Source: Pseudomonadota bacterium (GTDB lineage Bacteria; Pseudomonadota; Gammaproteobacteria; JAKAQQ01). Taken from it: 64,000 bases of DNA. Of this stretch, positions 20,974-30,377 are shown one piece after another. Position numbers and translations under genes: made by a program. Every line of letters starts with the position of its first letter. Within the stretch, counting starts at the first letter, position 1. The notes beneath the pieces were generated by a model. It did not search any database, was not told the origin of the DNA, and worked only from the letters and a program-made list of their open reading frames with translations. The stretch is taken from positions 265,017-329,016 of the forward strand of contig DAHVLZ010000009.1 of the NCBI GenBank assembly GCA_027320085.1, read 5' to 3'.

Positions 20974-21558
20974 TTGTCCATCATTCTGGATGCACTCAGG
21001 AAGGCCGAGCTGGAGCGAAGCCACCGGGAAAGGGATTTCCTCTCGACACCTCCTGATCTTCGACCCCAGCGCAAGCGCGTGCACTGGTTCATTTGGGCAG
21101 TTGCTGGCGTGTTCTGTCTGATCCTGGGAGGATTTATCACCTCTGAGATTTCCACTTGGCTCCACCCTCACCCAGCCGTCTCATCGCCGGCTGCCCCCGT
21201 TCCACCCAGGCCTGTAGTTCGGAAAACTCGCACGAAAATAGGGTCTTCGACATCGACCGTCGGACATTCCACGCATCCGCACACGCGGACAATAGCGAGG
21301 CCTGCGCCTATTGAGCCATCGCACCAACCAAACGTTGCATATGAAGCGGCCAAGCCCGGTGTTCTACCCACCAACCTGGGCTGGCATATCCAGGTTTTTA
21401 GTTGGAATCCCAATCCCGCCCAACGCTTTGTTGTGATCAATATGCAAACCTATCGGGCGGGCGCATTGCTCCCGGGAAGGGTTCGACTCGTTCAGATCCT
21501 CCGTCAGGGAATTCTTATCCGAGACCGGAACCGACTCTACCTTTTTCCCCGCCCTTGA
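20974..21558 (+). CDS. gspB: General secretion pathway protein B (GspB/ExeB-like)
   Basis: The canonical N-terminus MSIILDALRKAELERS is followed by a single TM helix and a Pro-rich linker. A GspB_C-like tail is present (VINMQTYRAGALLPGRVRLVQI). Confidence 0.75.
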   Translation: MSIILDALRKAELERSHRERDFLSTPPDLRPQRKRVHWFIWAVAGVFCLILGGFITSEISTWLHPHPAVSSPAAPVPPRPVVRKTRTKIGSSTSTVGHSTHPHTRTIARPAPIEPSHQPNVAYEAAKPGVLPTNLGWHIQVFSWNPNPAQRFVVINMQTYRAGALLPGRVRLVQILRQGILIRDRNRLYLFPRP

Positions 21559-21562
21559 ACCC

Positions 21563-23413
21563 GTGACGGGGCAGAGTCTGATCTTTGCCGTTAGCGCAAG
21601 AGAAAGCTCCTCCACTTCTGGTAATATCATGCTGATGATGAATAGAAAACCGACGCTTGCGGGCCGCCGGGGAGTGGGTTGTTTCCTAATTGGCTTGGCG
21701 GCTTTCCCCTGCCTGACCTGTGCCGTCGCGGCGGGTACTGTTGGCGTGCCGGGGTCTGGTGTACATCGGGGATTCCGAGAGGAACGCTCGGGTTTTATCC
21801 AAGGGCTTAGAAATACCCCCCGCACTTGGTTACGTCTTAAGCGCCTGACCCATTATTCAAGAAATGGAATCGCCCGATACGCCCTGATTTTCGGTACACC
21901 ACCCGACTTATCCTCTTCAAACTTGAAACCGCTAACGGTTTTTATAACTCCACCTCTTAACCGTCCAGGCTATACCATCTCGATGGTTGCCCAAACCCTT
22001 TTCCGTCAGCTGACCAACCGCCAACTCAGGCACCATCTCCTCGGTCATCTAACCTTTGTCCTTTTTCTGCCCGATAGAACTGTTGCGCATGGAACTGGCG
22101 GCGGGCACGACGCCCGGATTCCGGGTCTTCGCAGCCCTTGGGATAACCAAGACATAGACTTGCTCAAGGCCCATTCGCAGAGGGTCCGGGACTGGCTCCG
22201 CTTGTTCCATCAGTGGAACCCAGATGTGGTGATGGAACTCGCAGGTACCGAAACCGCAAACTGGCGAGCTCAATGTCTTTTTGAGAGCGCGCCCGCTGCT
22301 CTCCTCCCTGCTCCGCTGTCTGATCTCTCCCATCGCCTCCGTTCCGAGGCCCGATCTACCTGGCAACAACACGATGTACAGGTCCGTACCTGGTTTCGAC
22401 TACTCAACCCTGCAAGCCCGAGCCTTGGAGTCATCACGGAACGCGGTCAGCTCTCGGGTCCGGTTCCCTACAGTGCATTAAGCCGTACGCTAGCCTTTCG
22501 CTGGATCTGGAACGACAAGCCAAAGGGTCAGCATCTCTCTACAAAAATTTGGCAAACTTTGGATCCCTGGTTCGACCTCCTGATCCAGGATCGCTCCAAG
22601 ATTCTCCGTGCCAGAGCCCAATCACGTACTAGCGGAGATGGCAAACCTGTCGTGGTCCATCTACCCCTGTCCGGGAAAATCGTACGTAAAGCAACCCCAT
22701 TTCTGCTCCATACATACGCCTACGACGAAACTCTGAGCCCGATTTCTGGGACAGTCTGGGTCCGTTACAACAAGCATCAACCTCAGAATTACTTGGTTCC
22801 ACGTTTTACTCGGCCGTTCCTGACCCTGAAGCAGTCCGGCATTTCTGGCTATCTCGTACCATCGGTTTTTGTTCGCGCAATACAAGCGCTCAAACGGAAT
22901 GGAATACGAATGAAGATTTTGCACAAAGCTCGGACACTACGCGTCATCGTTGATCAACTGGGAAGGATCCGGTGGAGTATTCCACCACAGACTAGGACGC
23001 CCACCATCCGCTCCTACCAAGCACAACCAAGAATCCGTTTGCTTACCTACCCCGCGGGCTCTGCTTTTATTCCACTTAATCAAAAATATAGCGCCTTAGT
23101 CGCCGCTCTGCTTGATCCGAACAGCCCCTATAACCTCTTGTACCTTGGGTTTTTCCATAATCTTTTTGACCACCTCCCTCGCTTGCCTCAGGCTCGTTTG
23201 GAAACAATTGCCCGCCAGCTTCTCAGAACCCACCCGAAACTCGCTCGCGGATTTCTTCACCGGATCCTCGATCGCCGCTTTGCGGGGAACCCGCGCAGCC
23301 GTCTTGACTTCTTTTATCGGCACCTGTTCCGTGATCCCGTCTCCCGACATCTGTACCCCGTCGCCGAGTGGCCGGCCACATCTCAAGACCGGACACCACT
23401 GCCTACACCGTGA
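21563..23413 (+). CDS. Large exported hypothetical protein (616 aa), possible degenerate M14-carboxypeptidase-like region
   Basis: It has a signal/TM segment (GVGCFLIGLAAFPCLTCAVAAG). PLNRPGY weakly resembles the M14 NPDGY motif. There is no confident family call. It is tightly spaced after gspB. Confidence 0.45.
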   Translation: MTGQSLIFAVSARESSSTSGNIMLMMNRKPTLAGRRGVGCFLIGLAAFPCLTCAVAAGTVGVPGSGVHRGFREERSGFIQGLRNTPRTWLRLKRLTHYSRNGIARYALIFGTPPDLSSSNLKPLTVFITPPLNRPGYTISMVAQTLFRQLTNRQLRHHLLGHLTFVLFLPDRTVAHGTGGGHDARIPGLRSPWDNQDIDLLKAHSQRVRDWLRLFHQWNPDVVMELAGTETANWRAQCLFESAPAALLPAPLSDLSHRLRSEARSTWQQHDVQVRTWFRLLNPASPSLGVITERGQLSGPVPYSALSRTLAFRWIWNDKPKGQHLSTKIWQTLDPWFDLLIQDRSKILRARAQSRTSGDGKPVVVHLPLSGKIVRKATPFLLHTYAYDETLSPISGTVWVRYNKHQPQNYLVPRFTRPFLTLKQSGISGYLVPSVFVRAIQALKRNGIRMKILHKARTLRVIVDQLGRIRWSIPPQTRTPTIRSYQAQPRIRLLTYPAGSAFIPLNQKYSALVAALLDPNSPYNLLYLGFFHNLFDHLPRLPQARLETIARQLLRTHPKLARGFLHRILDRRFAGNPRSRLDFFYRHLFRDPVSRHLYPVAEWPATSQDRTPLPTP

Positions 23414-24639
23414 AAATCCTGGTTGCTGAAAGTTCGCGTCTGTTCCACCTCGCCTGGGAGCGCCTGATCCGGGATTTGGGGCAGGAACCGGTTTTTGCGA
23501 CAACGGGGGAAGAAGCCATCCGGTGGGCACAAGAATCAGCCTGCCATACGGGACTGATTTCCCATACCTTGCCTGACATGGACGGGGAGCGTTGTCTCGC
23601 CCGCATCCAGCAGCTGGCTCCAATTCCTCTCTTCCGCCCGGTTGTGGTCACATCTAACCCGGACAGTTGGGGGATAGCGCTTATGAAAGAGCCGGTTTGG
23701 GAAGTGGTTGACCGACAGAACCTACCCGCCATCCGGCAGATCCTTGAAGATCGGATCCGGGATTACGCGATCCAGTCTTTCCTACCCGTTCTGTACCTTG
23801 ACGATAGCCAAGTGGCGGCAAAGCACATGCAGAATCTGTTTGCCAAACTGGGGGTCACCCTCCACCACTTTCCAACCCCAAATGAGGCTCTCCATGCTCT
23901 TGGAGAAAACGCCTACGAACTAGTACTGTGTGACGTTCAGATCGAAGACGCGGCAACCGGCTACGCTTTGGTCCCCAAAATCCGTCATGCAATCCAGACT
24001 GGGGAGCGCCCCCCACTCGTTCTTGTTTCTGCAAATGACAGTCCCGACCAGAGACAACTGGCTATACTTTCCGGGGCAGACGACTTCTGGAGTAAATCGA
24101 TTTCTATAGGAGTCGTCCAAAAGCATCTGGAAGGCTACCGTGAGACTCGCCTCCTCCGTGAACGGATTGTTCAGCTGGAACAGAAGGTACTAGCGGAGCG
24201 TTTTCTCGAATCGGAAAGCAGCCTCCCAAACGAGCGCGCGCTTCAGGCTTATGCAAACTGGCGCTTCCGTGCCGGATTTGCGGAATCTACCCTGATCCGT
24301 GTGGTCCTAGTTCATCTCCATGGCCAGTGTGAGACCGAGAGGGATACATCAGAATACCCTAGTCCAGTCACACACTGGCCAGAACTCAAAAAATGGAAGT
24401 CCTTGCTCCCACGGACGGTTTTTTGCGCCCTCCTCTCTCACAGTCAGTTGGTTGTGATCATGCCCGCCATGTCAGATGATTCTTCAACTGAGCCGCTTCC
24501 TTGGTATGGATTGCCCCCCCTGCCTTACACACTGGCACCTGCTGGCATATCTGATACCACCAGTCTCGTCATCCATGCCGGAGCTAGTTTTGAGGAAGTC
24601 TGGCTAAATTTGAAACTAGAACACGAAACGGCTGACTAA
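23410..24639 (+). CDS. PleD-like response regulator: REC (degenerate) - REC - degenerate GGDEF
   Basis: The GTG start overlaps the upstream stop (GTGA). The second REC has YLDDS...LVLCDVQI. The C-terminal domain has the GGDEF-fold layout (SLPNERALQ..., LVHLHGQ) but reads LSHSQ where the GG(D/E)EF signature belongs. Confidence 0.55.
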   Translation: MKILVAESSRLFHLAWERLIRDLGQEPVFATTGEEAIRWAQESACHTGLISHTLPDMDGERCLARIQQLAPIPLFRPVVVTSNPDSWGIALMKEPVWEVVDRQNLPAIRQILEDRIRDYAIQSFLPVLYLDDSQVAAKHMQNLFAKLGVTLHHFPTPNEALHALGENAYELVLCDVQIEDAATGYALVPKIRHAIQTGERPPLVLVSANDSPDQRQLAILSGADDFWSKSISIGVVQKHLEGYRETRLLRERIVQLEQKVLAERFLESESSLPNERALQAYANWRFRAGFAESTLIRVVLVHLHGQCETERDTSEYPSPVTHWPELKKWKSLLPRTVFCALLSHSQLVVIMPAMSDDSSTEPLPWYGLPPLPYTLAPAGISDTTSLVIHAGASFEEVWLNLKLEHETAD

Positions 24640-24668
24640 CCTGGATTCACGCCTGCTTTATTTCTTGG

Positions 24669-24947
24669 TCAAAAATCCGGCAAACAATCCGAATAGTCAT
24701 CCCTTAGGATATCCCGTGCCCGGCTAGCATCTGCTTGCCCCACCTGCAGTTTGATTCCACCTACAGTCAGAGCATAGAGCCAATCCATCTGCACAAGATG
24801 GTGGTCTTTCATCCGGACCGTAATTCCTTCCGTCTGAAGCCGGCCGGCAACAATATTGGCATTGACTTGGTCATCAAATACCGCGACGGTGACGAAGCTA
24901 CTGGAGCTATCTGGATCAGTTAGACCAGACGACTCAAGCGCGCGCAC
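24669..24947 (-). CDS. DUF2007-domain protein
   Basis: VTVAVFDD...GRLQTEGI...MDWLYALTVGGIKLQV matches the DUF2007 pattern. Confidence 0.45.
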   Translation of the reverse strand: MRALESSGLTDPDSSSSFVTVAVFDDQVNANIVAGRLQTEGITVRMKDHHLVQMDWLYALTVGGIKLQVGQADASRARDILRDDYSDCLPDF

Positions 24948-25680
24948 GTTCTGAATCCAGATGTCGTACCAGGATTAAACCGAGTTCGTAGAGTCCGTAC
25001 ATCGGAAGACCCAGCAGTGTCATAGATAGGGCATCAGGGGGCGTCAAGAATGCCGCAATAATAAAGCAGATCAGAAAAACATAGCGTCGCTGTTTCCTGA
25101 GTGTTTCCTCCCTGACAAGTCGTAGTGAAACCAGAAGGACAATCACTATGGGCATCTCAAACGAGATCCCAAAGGCTAACGCCAAATGGAGGCAGAAGGA
25201 CAAATAGTTACGGATATCTGTCATCACGGCCACGCCCATCGGTGCAACAGAGACAAAGAAACGGAATGCCATCGGAAAAATTACAAAATAGGCAAAGGCG
25301 ATACCAATGTAAAAAAGTAACACGGCACTCACCAAAAGGGTGCGGGCAAAGCGCCTTTCCCATCGGTACAGAGCAGGAGCTACAAAAGCCCAAAGTTCAT
25401 ATAGGATCACTGGCATACAGAGAAGCAAGGTGACCAGTAGGGTGAGCTGGAATGGCACCACGAAGGGGGTTGAGACATGAATTGCAATCAGGTGGTCTCC
25501 AGGCGGCATAACCGATTCAAGGGGCTTCGCCAGAAACCGGAAAATCTCGTCAGACCATGGGATCAGCACCACAAAAATCACGACGCAGAACCCGACCGAC
25601 AACAAGAGACGACGTCTCAACTCGACTAGGTGCCCCACTAACGCGGGGGTTAACCATCGAGAATCTGGCATCTTACTCAT
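24934..25680 (-). CDS. tatC: Sec-independent protein translocase TatC
   Basis: A 248-aa protein with 6 TM helices. The N-terminus MPDSRWLTPALVGHLVELRRRLL is TatC-like. Confidence 0.9.
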   Translation of the reverse strand: MSKMPDSRWLTPALVGHLVELRRRLLLSVGFCVVIFVVLIPWSDEIFRFLAKPLESVMPPGDHLIAIHVSTPFVVPFQLTLLVTLLLCMPVILYELWAFVAPALYRWERRFARTLLVSAVLLFYIGIAFAYFVIFPMAFRFFVSVAPMGVAVMTDIRNYLSFCLHLALAFGISFEMPIVIVLLVSLRLVREETLRKQRRYVFLICFIIAAFLTPPDALSMTLLGLPMYGLYELGLILVRHLDSERARA

Positions 25681-25937
25681 CGTTCGGGTGGACGATCCGA
25701 CGTGGGACCGGGTTTCCGTTCCGGATGGTGATCTTGGATCTTCCGGAACGGCTCTTGCATGGGCTCGTCCGAGCCTAGGGCTTGGTCAAACTCCTCGCTT
25801 AACCGTGCCCAAACTTGGCGCACCTGCCGAACCCACCGGCCTAACTGGCGAGCACAGACGGGGATCTGTTCTGGCCCGAGAACTAGAAGGGCAAGAACCG
25901 CGAGTACTACGATCTCGCCCATTCCAAAATCGAACAT
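25677..25937 (-). CDS. tatB: TatB
   Basis: The start MFDFGMGEIVVLAVLALLVLGPEQIP matches the TatA/B-family TM helix and amphipathic helix. It lies directly upstream of tatC. Confidence 0.75.
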   Translation of the reverse strand: MFDFGMGEIVVLAVLALLVLGPEQIPVCARQLGRWVRQVRQVWARLSEEFDQALGSDEPMQEPFRKIQDHHPERKPGPTSDRPPER

Positions 25938-26007
25938 GCACCCTCCTCGAACTGCGTAGCCGCAGATTGCCTCCAGCCCGCATTCGGGCTTCTCCTTATT
26001 CCGGGTG

Positions 26008-26238
26008 TTAAGTGGGTGGAGTTGGAGGAGAAGGAGGTTCAACCCGGTTGGTGTGGGTGGGCGAATTTGGCTCGGGCGTCTTTGCAACCGTCTCCTCGCC
26101 ATTCAAGGCTTCCCGGAAGCTCCGTACCGCCTTTCCTAAGTCCGCGCCGATCGTTCGCAGACGCCCCGCACCGAAGATCACGACCACAATCATGAAAATG
26201 ATAAGCAAATGCCATATGCTGAGACCGTCTAAACCCAT
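26008..26238 (-). CDS. tatA: TatA
   Basis: The start MGLDGLSIWHLLIIFMIVVVIFGAGRL is a TatA signature. Confidence 0.8.
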   Translation of the reverse strand: MGLDGLSIWHLLIIFMIVVVIFGAGRLRTIGADLGKAVRSFREALNGEETVAKTPEPNSPTHTNRVEPPSPPTPPT

Positions 26239-26292
26239 TGCACGGCCCTCCGCGGACAAACCAAAACATATACATTCTAGCGCAAATATCCA

Positions 26293-26736
26293 TCAGCCAC
26301 TCAGCAAAAATGTTACGGGACCATCATTGACCAGTCCCACTTCCATGTGAGCCCCAAAACAGCCCGCTTGGGCCAAACATTCCCCACCGCATTTCCGTGC
26401 GTGCTCTAGAACGGCCTGGAATAACTCAGCGCTGAGTGCCGGTGGCAGTGCCGGGGAGAGGTCTGCTCGTCGCCCCCGCTGTGTACCCGCTGCCAGGGTA
26501 AACTCCGGAACCCATAGGATCTGACCTGAAATGGCTCGCACATCCCGGCTGAAGTGGCCATTGGTATCCGCAAACAAGCGGTAGCCGATAATCCGATCGA
26601 CTAGTCGAAGTACCCGAAGTATCTCATCGCCCCGCTCAAATGCCAGGAAAACGACGATGCCCATCTCAATTGCTGCAACTTCTCGACCTAAAATTGAAAC
26701 CCGGGCCTGAGTGACCCTTTGAAGGAGAGCTTTCAT
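26293..26736 (-). CDS. dtd: D-aminoacyl-tRNA deacylase
   Basis: The start is MKALLQRVTQARVSI. The SQFTL(A/Y)A and NDGPVTF motifs are present. Confidence 0.85.
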   Translation of the reverse strand: MKALLQRVTQARVSILGREVAAIEMGIVVFLAFERGDEILRVLRLVDRIIGYRLFADTNGHFSRDVRAISGQILWVPEFTLAAGTQRGRRADLSPALPPALSAELFQAVLEHARKCGGECLAQAGCFGAHMEVGLVNDGPVTFLLSG

Positions 26737-27028
26737 ATCCTCTAGACCTTGACTTTTCCGTCCCGAATGGGACCTGTTTTGTGTGATGGAACAAGAAAAC
26801 CGGGATTTCGGCATGGGATCTGTAAACATCTGTTTACAAAATTTATCTACATCTGTTGGTTCCTATTAGCTGCCACTTGCGTCACACTATATCCACGACA
26901 GGGAACAGCGACGAGCAGAGGGAGGGCGGGGGATGGTGGGGTCAAAGGCGTCGCTTGCCCCAAGAAACCTCGGGCACTCATCCCCCCCCAGGACCGCTTG
27001 CTGTAGAACAATCTGGCCCTTCTCAGAG

Positions 27029-27496
27029 TCAATAGGGAAAACCCAACCGTTGGTAAAGCGCCGCAAGTAACCAGAGCGGACCAATCAGGAGGAATTGGAG
27101 ATCCCGGGAAAATGCCGGCTTACGGCCTTCAATCCGGTGCCCAACAAACTGACCGATCCATGCCATAACAAATATAGGCAACGCGAGTTGCCAAATCGCA
27201 GAAGTGACTTGTCCAGCCTCATAGACAACTGCCACAGTCGCGATGCCCACGATGCTCATGCCAATAGCCAAACGCCAATTCAATGCATAGTAATAAACGA
27301 GTGCCAGAACCAGGAACAATACGCCCCAGTTGAGGAAAACTGAAACACGTATCCAGCGTATAGGTTCCGGGATCGACCAGAGCAAACCAACTAGCGAAAC
27401 CATAATGAGCGGGATACAAATCCAGTGAATGGACTTGTTGACCGGAGATTGGTGGCTTTCGCCATATTCAGTAAGCCAGCTTTGAATACTGCGCAC
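27029..27496 (-). CDS. DUF962 (Mpo1-like) membrane protein
   Basis: A 155-aa protein of about 4 TM helices whose N-terminus (LTEYGESHQSPVNKSIHWICIP) is typical of DUF962. Confidence 0.6.
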   Translation of the reverse strand: MRSIQSWLTEYGESHQSPVNKSIHWICIPLIMVSLVGLLWSIPEPIRWIRVSVFLNWGVLFLVLALVYYYALNWRLAIGMSIVGIATVAVVYEAGQVTSAIWQLALPIFVMAWIGQFVGHRIEGRKPAFSRDLQFLLIGPLWLLAALYQRLGFPY

Positions 27497-27682
27497 GACA
27501 GATCTCCTCGATCACAGAGTACGAAATTCCGCAGATACCATCCCCCCCAGCAGGGTAAAAAGGCCTCGCGGGCCCGGGCTGGTATATGATGATAACCGGG
27601 TCACCGACAAGCGTAGGATCCGACGCACAGCCGGCTCGGGGTTTGGTACTTTTCTTTGTGTATCCGCTGACTTAGGAGTCTT

Positions 27683-28357
27683 TTGGGCAAGATGTCCGTC
27701 GAACGAAACCTGTTTATTCCAGGGACCGCGGGACGCCTTGAGGCACGAGTTACAGAACCAGTGACGGGATCGTCCGGGTCTTCAGGGGCGATTGCCGTTG
27801 TTCTGCACCCTCATCCGCTCTTTCAAGGCAGTCTGGAAAACAAGGTGGTTTTCACGCTAACCCGAGCAGCCTCAAGTGCCGGTGCAGGGACTATCCGCTT
27901 CAATTTTCGTGGGGTCGGGAAGAGTGAAGGGCATTACGGGGAGGGGATCGGCGAACTCGCCGATGTTCATTCCGTCGTGTCCTGGGCTCGCGCGCAATGG
28001 GGTCCTGAACCAGCACTCTGGCTTCTCGGGTTCTCTTTCGGTGCCGGACTGGCTATCCAGAGTACCCGTGCACTAGAAGGCACTGCTTTGGTCACAATTG
28101 CCCCGCCAGTTCACCACCTTGCACTCGCACCCGAGCAGCTTCCGGCTTGCCCTTGGTTAATCATTCAGGGCGAAGACGACGAAATAGTCCCAGTACCCGC
28201 AGTCATCGATTGGAGCAGGAAACTGCCCACGCAAGCTATTTTCGAGCTCTGGCCACAGGTTACTCACTTTTTCCACGGGCAATTGGTACCGCTCAGATCA
28301 ACCGTTAGCCGCTTTTTGGTTGACCGTATCCACCAACCTCTGCCTTCTACAAGCTGA
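27683..28357 (+). CDS. Alpha/beta-fold hydrolase
   Basis: It has the GFSFG nucleophile elbow and acid/His positions in about 220 aa. Confidence 0.7.
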   Translation: MGKMSVERNLFIPGTAGRLEARVTEPVTGSSGSSGAIAVVLHPHPLFQGSLENKVVFTLTRAASSAGAGTIRFNFRGVGKSEGHYGEGIGELADVHSVVSWARAQWGPEPALWLLGFSFGAGLAIQSTRALEGTALVTIAPPVHHLALAPEQLPACPWLIIQGEDDEIVPVPAVIDWSRKLPTQAIFELWPQVTHFFHGQLVPLRSTVSRFLVDRIHQPLPSTS

Positions 28358-28404
28358 AAGGCAAGACCTTCCAGCGCCAACTGCGCTCCCAGAGGAGGCG
28401 TAAA

Positions 28405-28447
28405 CCCCACCGGAGGGGGACGACAGGGCACCGGTGGGGTTTTCTTT
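28405..28447. terminator. Rho-independent terminator (bidirectional, between hydrolase and HU genes)
   Basis: A ccccaccgg ... ccggtgggg stem is followed by TTTTCTTT. Confidence 0.5.
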
Positions 28448-28450
28448 ACT

Positions 28451-28774
28451 TCAGACCATATCCTTGAGCTTTTTGAGTGCCTGTACCTTGACAACGTTTC
28501 GGGCCGGCCTCGCCTTAAAGGTTGTAGGCTCGCCAGTAAAGGGATTGACTCCCTTCCGAGCCTTGACCGCCGGCTTATGCACCAGCTTGATCTTGAGAAT
28601 TCCGGGCATCACGAACATTCCCGGACCCCGTTTACCGAGACTTTTCTTGATCAACCCCTCAAACGTATCGAAGACGGTACTGATCTGCTTACGCGTCAGG
28701 TTCGTCTCTTCGGAAATTTTCCGAACGATCTCGCTTTTAGTAAGTGGTTTGGAGGTCTGATTATTGCTAGCCAT
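28451..28774 (-). CDS. HU-family DNA-binding protein (N-extended type)
   Basis: LTKSEIVRKISEETNLTRKQISTVFDTFEGLI ... GVNPFTGEPTTFKARPARNVVKVQALKKLKD matches the HU/IHF fold pattern. Confidence 0.7.
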   Translation of the reverse strand: MASNNQTSKPLTKSEIVRKISEETNLTRKQISTVFDTFEGLIKKSLGKRGPGMFVMPGILKIKLVHKPAVKARKGVNPFTGEPTTFKARPARNVVKVQALKKLKDMV

Positions 28775-28881
28775 AAGATCCTCTAGGGTTACGGAAAGGG
28801 AGAACAACGTTGCGGAATGTATCATAACCTGCGCCAGAAAGGTAGCGCCGCCTCTCTAGGGCAAACCACCTCCTCAGGCTT

Positions 28882-29442
28882 TTATACAAACCGGATGGAG
28901 GGGAGAAGAATATTGATGAAGAACAGGATTGCGAGCGCCAAAAGGGGAGAAAAGTCGAGCCCACCGGTTGCAGGCACGAAACGACGCAAGGGCCGCAGGA
29001 TCGGTTCATTGATGGCATAAAGAAAACTCGTCATGGGATGCTGCACGTAGGGGGGCTGGATCCAACTCATGAGAGCCCCAACGATCAGAGTAAAAATGTA
29101 AAAATCATCCAAGAGAGTTGCACATTTAACGAGTGCGGCGAGTGCGAGCACACCCCCGCTAAGGGGGCGGCCAGCAATCCCGGCCAAGATGGCCACGTCA
29201 AGCCCGCATAGCACAACGGCGACGATAAGACTCCACCAGTCACGGCGCATCACTCGGCTCCCAGACCAATGGTAGAGTGGCTTCAGAACCGGCCATGTCA
29301 ACCGGCCGATGCTCTGTACTACAGGATGGGAGAAGTTGAGAGGTCCCCAGCTCATGGCGAATCGCGAGAGAAAAAGTAGGGCACCGACCGTGAATAGGAA
29401 ATTCACCAGAAAAAGCCAGGCGCTGGACCAGTGCAGAATCAT
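28882..29442 (-). CDS. yggT: YggT-family membrane protein
   Basis: A 186-aa protein with the duplicated YggT TM repeat. It lies immediately downstream of proC, as in many proteobacteria. Confidence 0.75.
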   Translation of the reverse strand: MILHWSSAWLFLVNFLFTVGALLFLSRFAMSWGPLNFSHPVVQSIGRLTWPVLKPLYHWSGSRVMRRDWWSLIVAVVLCGLDVAILAGIAGRPLSGGVLALAALVKCATLLDDFYIFTLIVGALMSWIQPPYVQHPMTSFLYAINEPILRPLRRFVPATGGLDFSPLLALAILFFINILLPSIRFV

Positions 29443-30260
29443 GCTGTCTCAGTTTCTCGGATTTGTTGCGCCAGTTCGGCGCCCCGTTCCCACGCGGCCG
29501 TTAGGGCCTGCGTAACGGCCGCCTCGAAACCCAGCTTTCGAAGTTGCTCGAGTGCCGCAGCCGTGGTTCCACCTGGCGAAGTCACTCCTTCTCGCAGGCG
29601 TTCGAAATCCCCCCCATCTTGATCAGCCAGTTCCAAACTTCCCCGCCCGGTTTGCAACACAAGATCCGTCGCGAGAGCGGGATCCATCCCCTTGGCGGCT
29701 GCCGCATTTCGGAGACAAGCCATGAAGTGGAAAAAGTAGGCCGGGCCGCTACCGGCAAGGGCAGTGACCCCGTCCATCCACTCTTCCGATTTGAGCCAGT
29801 AGAGTCGTCCCAACCGACCGAGCAAATCTTCCAGGGTCTCATGATGCTCGGGTGCGAGATCAGGAGCATAGAGGGCAATCGCTCCCTGGTTCAGGGCTAT
29901 CGCTAAATTCGGCATGGCCCGGATCACAACCGTTTGCCCCTCACAACACCACCGGCAGATCATCTCGCGTGTGATCCCTGCCACAAAGCTTACCAGCAGG
30001 CGGCGTCGGCCAACGAGGTGGGAGGCAGCCGTTTCGAGCACCTGCCGCAGGGATCCCGGCCGGACAGCCACCAAAATCAGGTCGGATTCTGCCACCACCC
30101 GTCCCACATCATCCGACACAAAAGCACCTGACTCAGCCTTGATCCGTGAGCGCCGATCGGGATCACTTTCCGCTATAGAGAGGCGAGACGAGCTCCAGCC
30201 ACTTCGCAAAAGTCCGGCAATGCAAGCCCCCCCCAAGTGTCCAGCCCCGAGAACCCCCAC
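29439..30260 (-). CDS. proC: Pyrroline-5-carboxylate reductase
   Basis: A GTG start is preceded by GGGAAA. The N-terminus KVGVLGAGHLGGA is a Rossmann fold and the C-terminal dimerisation domain is present. The long upstream extension of the reported ORF is non-coding. Confidence 0.85.
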   Translation of the reverse strand: MGVLGAGHLGGACIAGLLRSGWSSSRLSIAESDPDRRSRIKAESGAFVSDDVGRVVAESDLILVAVRPGSLRQVLETAASHLVGRRRLLVSFVAGITREMICRWCCEGQTVVIRAMPNLAIALNQGAIALYAPDLAPEHHETLEDLLGRLGRLYWLKSEEWMDGVTALAGSGPAYFFHFMACLRNAAAAKGMDPALATDLVLQTGRGSLELADQDGGDFERLREGVTSPGGTTAAALEQLRKLGFEAAVTQALTAAWERGAELAQQIRETETA

Positions 30261-30283
30261 TTTCCCGATATCCCGGCTTGGAG

Positions 30284-30304
30284 CCCCCCCCCTTGGGGGG
30301 GGGG
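30284..30304. repeat. Perfect homopolymeric inverted repeat C9-TT-G10
   Basis: The sequence cccccccccttgggggggggg is read directly. It lies in the divergent proC/pilT intergenic region, 74 nt upstream of the pilT ATG. Confidence 0.9.
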
Positions 30305-30377
30305 CGGGACGGCTTGCCGTTCTTGTCACTTCGCTATACCTTGTAGGGAGCCCTGATGTTAACCCAGGAAAGTTTTC

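Noticed and set aside
21563-23413. Calling the 616-aa protein an M14 zinc carboxypeptidase
   Set aside because: Only one weak motif resemblance is visible (PLNRPGY versus NPDGY). No HxxE zinc-ligand motif is visible. This is insufficient for a family call.
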